Below are positions 61,781 through 64,000 of a stretch of DNA of 64,000 nt, piece after piece (within the stretch, counting starts at the first letter, position 1; the number at the start of each line of letters is the position of its first letter). The position numbers were made by a program, and so were the translations under genes. Source of the DNA: Okamejei kenojei (taxonomy: Eukaryota); NCBI GenBank assembly GCA_035221665.1, contig CM069145.1:15996001-16060000 (forward strand), given 5' to 3'. Below the pieces are notes generated by a model. That model had not been told where the DNA came from, did no database searches, and was given only the letters and a program-made list of their open reading frames with translations.

Positions 61781-63019
61781 GATTTTTATAAACTCGTTTG
61801 TCTTTTGTGAGTGGTTTACATTATGCAAGAGAGCTGGTGTCCTCCTCTCCCTCATCGCTTTTTCATTTAAAACACAAAGGAAGTATAAAATATCGGGGGA
61901 AAAAAGACTGTAAAGTATAAAAACAACTATGGAGAAAACACATTCTTAAAAATTATCTTAATATTTTACTAATAAAAATTTTTTTGTTACATTTTTAGTA
62001 AAATACCATCACAACAATATTTTTCTCTAAACACTTTGGTGCATGCTATATCATTTAATCATAGTTAAAATGCACAAAAATCTGGCTTCGCTATATTGGA
62101 ATTTTCCTGTCTCCTGCAAAGTTATACAATTATGTATTACTAAAATTTTAAATTAAAAGGGCTCTATAAAACATTTCATCAAATGCCATTATTTTTCATA
62201 ACTCCCTCTGATTTCTTGCACATAAAATTGACTATACATATCTTCTGCCGCAATTAACCTGACTGGAAAGATGACGGACCAATCTGACTATAACTACATG
62301 ATAAATTCATCTCTCTCCTCATTTGAACATATCTTAATGTTACCAATATTAATAACTTTTGCTCTAGGAAATAGGTGACGCTTGCTAAAGAAAAAGTCCT
62401 TGACCAAAATAGCAAAGGATATTATACTGAGAAATGATCTACTGATGCAAATCATTAAATCTATTTGCATTTGCTTACTGAACCTTAACACAGAAATTAA
62501 ACTACATACAGGAAAAAGGAGATGGTTTTGCATGGTTCCAGGAGACTTCTTGGAAGATCCAACTCTCTGTCATTAATTCTTCCATTTTCCCTCATTAACA
62601 AGTAAAATGTTTTTACTGCATGAAAAGTTTTAATAAATAGAAAGAGCAGAGAAATGGTACAGGAAGTTTGTAATAAAACCCACGACAGTGTTAAATTGTC
62701 TATGAATGTGCTAAATTACTTTTTATTTTCAACAATTAAGTTGTTTTAGAATAACACCTGCTAATATTTCTTTCCTAATATCAATTCACCACAATGTACC
62801 ATATTTCATTAAATCCAACACGGTCACTTCTTCACAGACTAAGCTGTTAAATATTTTTGTGATAATTAACTGATGTTTCTCACTTGCAAGGTTTTGCATT
62901 TCAACCTTGCCTCTGGCTAGTGAACTGAAGGCTTAAAAATGGACTTCCCAGAAGCAGACATGGATCGCAAACTGTTCGTTTGTCAGCATTTCAACTTTTT
63001 GTCAAGGGGAATTCCTCAC

Positions 63020-63088
63020 CTTAGAAAGTTGACAGGACTAGCATTTATTGTCAGTTGAATAAAGTCCAGCTTCTGCACGAGACAAAAA
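63020..63088 (-). ncRNA. Candidate exon (69 nt; 53 nt with the alternative acceptor at 63072)
   Basis: Acceptor atttcgctttttag (or tttttgtctcgtgcag), consensus donor AAG|GTGAGG; no recognisable peptide. Confidence 0.4.
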
Positions 63089-64000
63089 CTAAAAAGCGAA
63101 ATTTTATATTTTTGATAAAGATATTGAGGGAAGCAAAATGGGACATGAGGCACATTTCCATATCAAAGCATGTGATCTTAATTTATCAATTTTCACCTTT
63201 TCTTACATTTGACCCAGTGAACTTTTCAAAATATTAAACATATCCAGAATATATAAAGCTGGCTTTTATAAAGAACATTCATGGAAAGATGGTAATTAGT
63301 AATTTACATTTGCAAGTTTTTTTTTGTTTTTATGCAGATTCTCAACTTTGGGTTACTGTCCAGACAATGAAAATTTACATTTGGTCACCGTAAACGCAAC
63401 ACAGAGAATATGCCTGCAATCATACTGAGCGTTTAAAGAATGCAATGCACCCCAATGCACTCCGAGGCCAATTAAGGTACTTTTTGAAGGGTAGTTACAG
63501 TTGTTAAATAGGAAACCTAGTTGCCAAGTTATGCACAGGAATTTCCCAGGTATTAATAATGACCAAACAATTTGGCTGAGAGATACACTTGACCAACTCA
63601 TTCAGATCATTCCCACCCTCTTCTTCAAAACAATGACGCAAGCTCTTAAATGAAGAAAAAGGATGGAAGACTAAATAGGGAACATCAGTCTCATGTCTCT
63701 TCTGGAAGTCTGTGGCTCATTCAGGTCTGAACATCCACGGAAGCCACCATGTACAGTGGCTTTCATTAGACTTGTTCACAGCTCTGTGAGTGTGTCTTAA
63801 AGTCTTGGCATGAGATGCCCTCCAGTCAAAAGCTGTGCATTAATTTCAGGGTTGAAGCTTAGCTTTTTCAATTTAGTTATGTGATTAGACAGGTTATTAT
63901 TGTTAAGCTCATTACATGACGTAGAGTCTTTGATTGTGTTTGAACCTTGTAACTCATCCATTTTATCTAATATTCCAAACACTTGGACCCTGACTCAGAA

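Noticed and set aside
63797-63982. 61-aa minus ORF at the window end
   Set aside because: In-frame stop immediately upstream, no recognisable family, no clear splice context.

Overview
Vertebrate genomic DNA, most likely from a cartilaginous fish (skate/ray-like). This is inferred from its repeat families: CR1/HER1-type LINE 3' ends, tRNA-headed V-domain SINEs, DeuSINE relics, and Penelope-like, Rex1, L1 and L2 fragments. I found no recognisable host protein-coding gene; every ORF I can identify is transposon-derived. Repeat-dense zones (about 1-14 kb, 25-36 kb, 43.5-51 kb, 59-62 kb) alternate with repeat-poor blocks. The repeat-poor blocks carry short minus-strand exon candidates with good splice signals and no ORF, suggesting a long non-coding host transcript or a multi-exon 5' UTR. 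Seven 132-189 nt N blocks hide sequence; a triplet and a pair have miRNA-cluster-like spacing, but this cannot be verified here. The most notable visible signal is a ~135-bp retroposon present twice with target-site duplications (8414-8550 and 59445-59578, minus strand). Its first 54 nt fold as a complete minimal HDV-like self-cleaving ribozyme, followed by a structured 3' end and an (AAG)n tail. In addition, the many Penelope-derived short repeats carry minimal hammerhead-ribozyme cores. Repeat boundaries are read by eye and approximate unless TSDs or TIRs are quoted.
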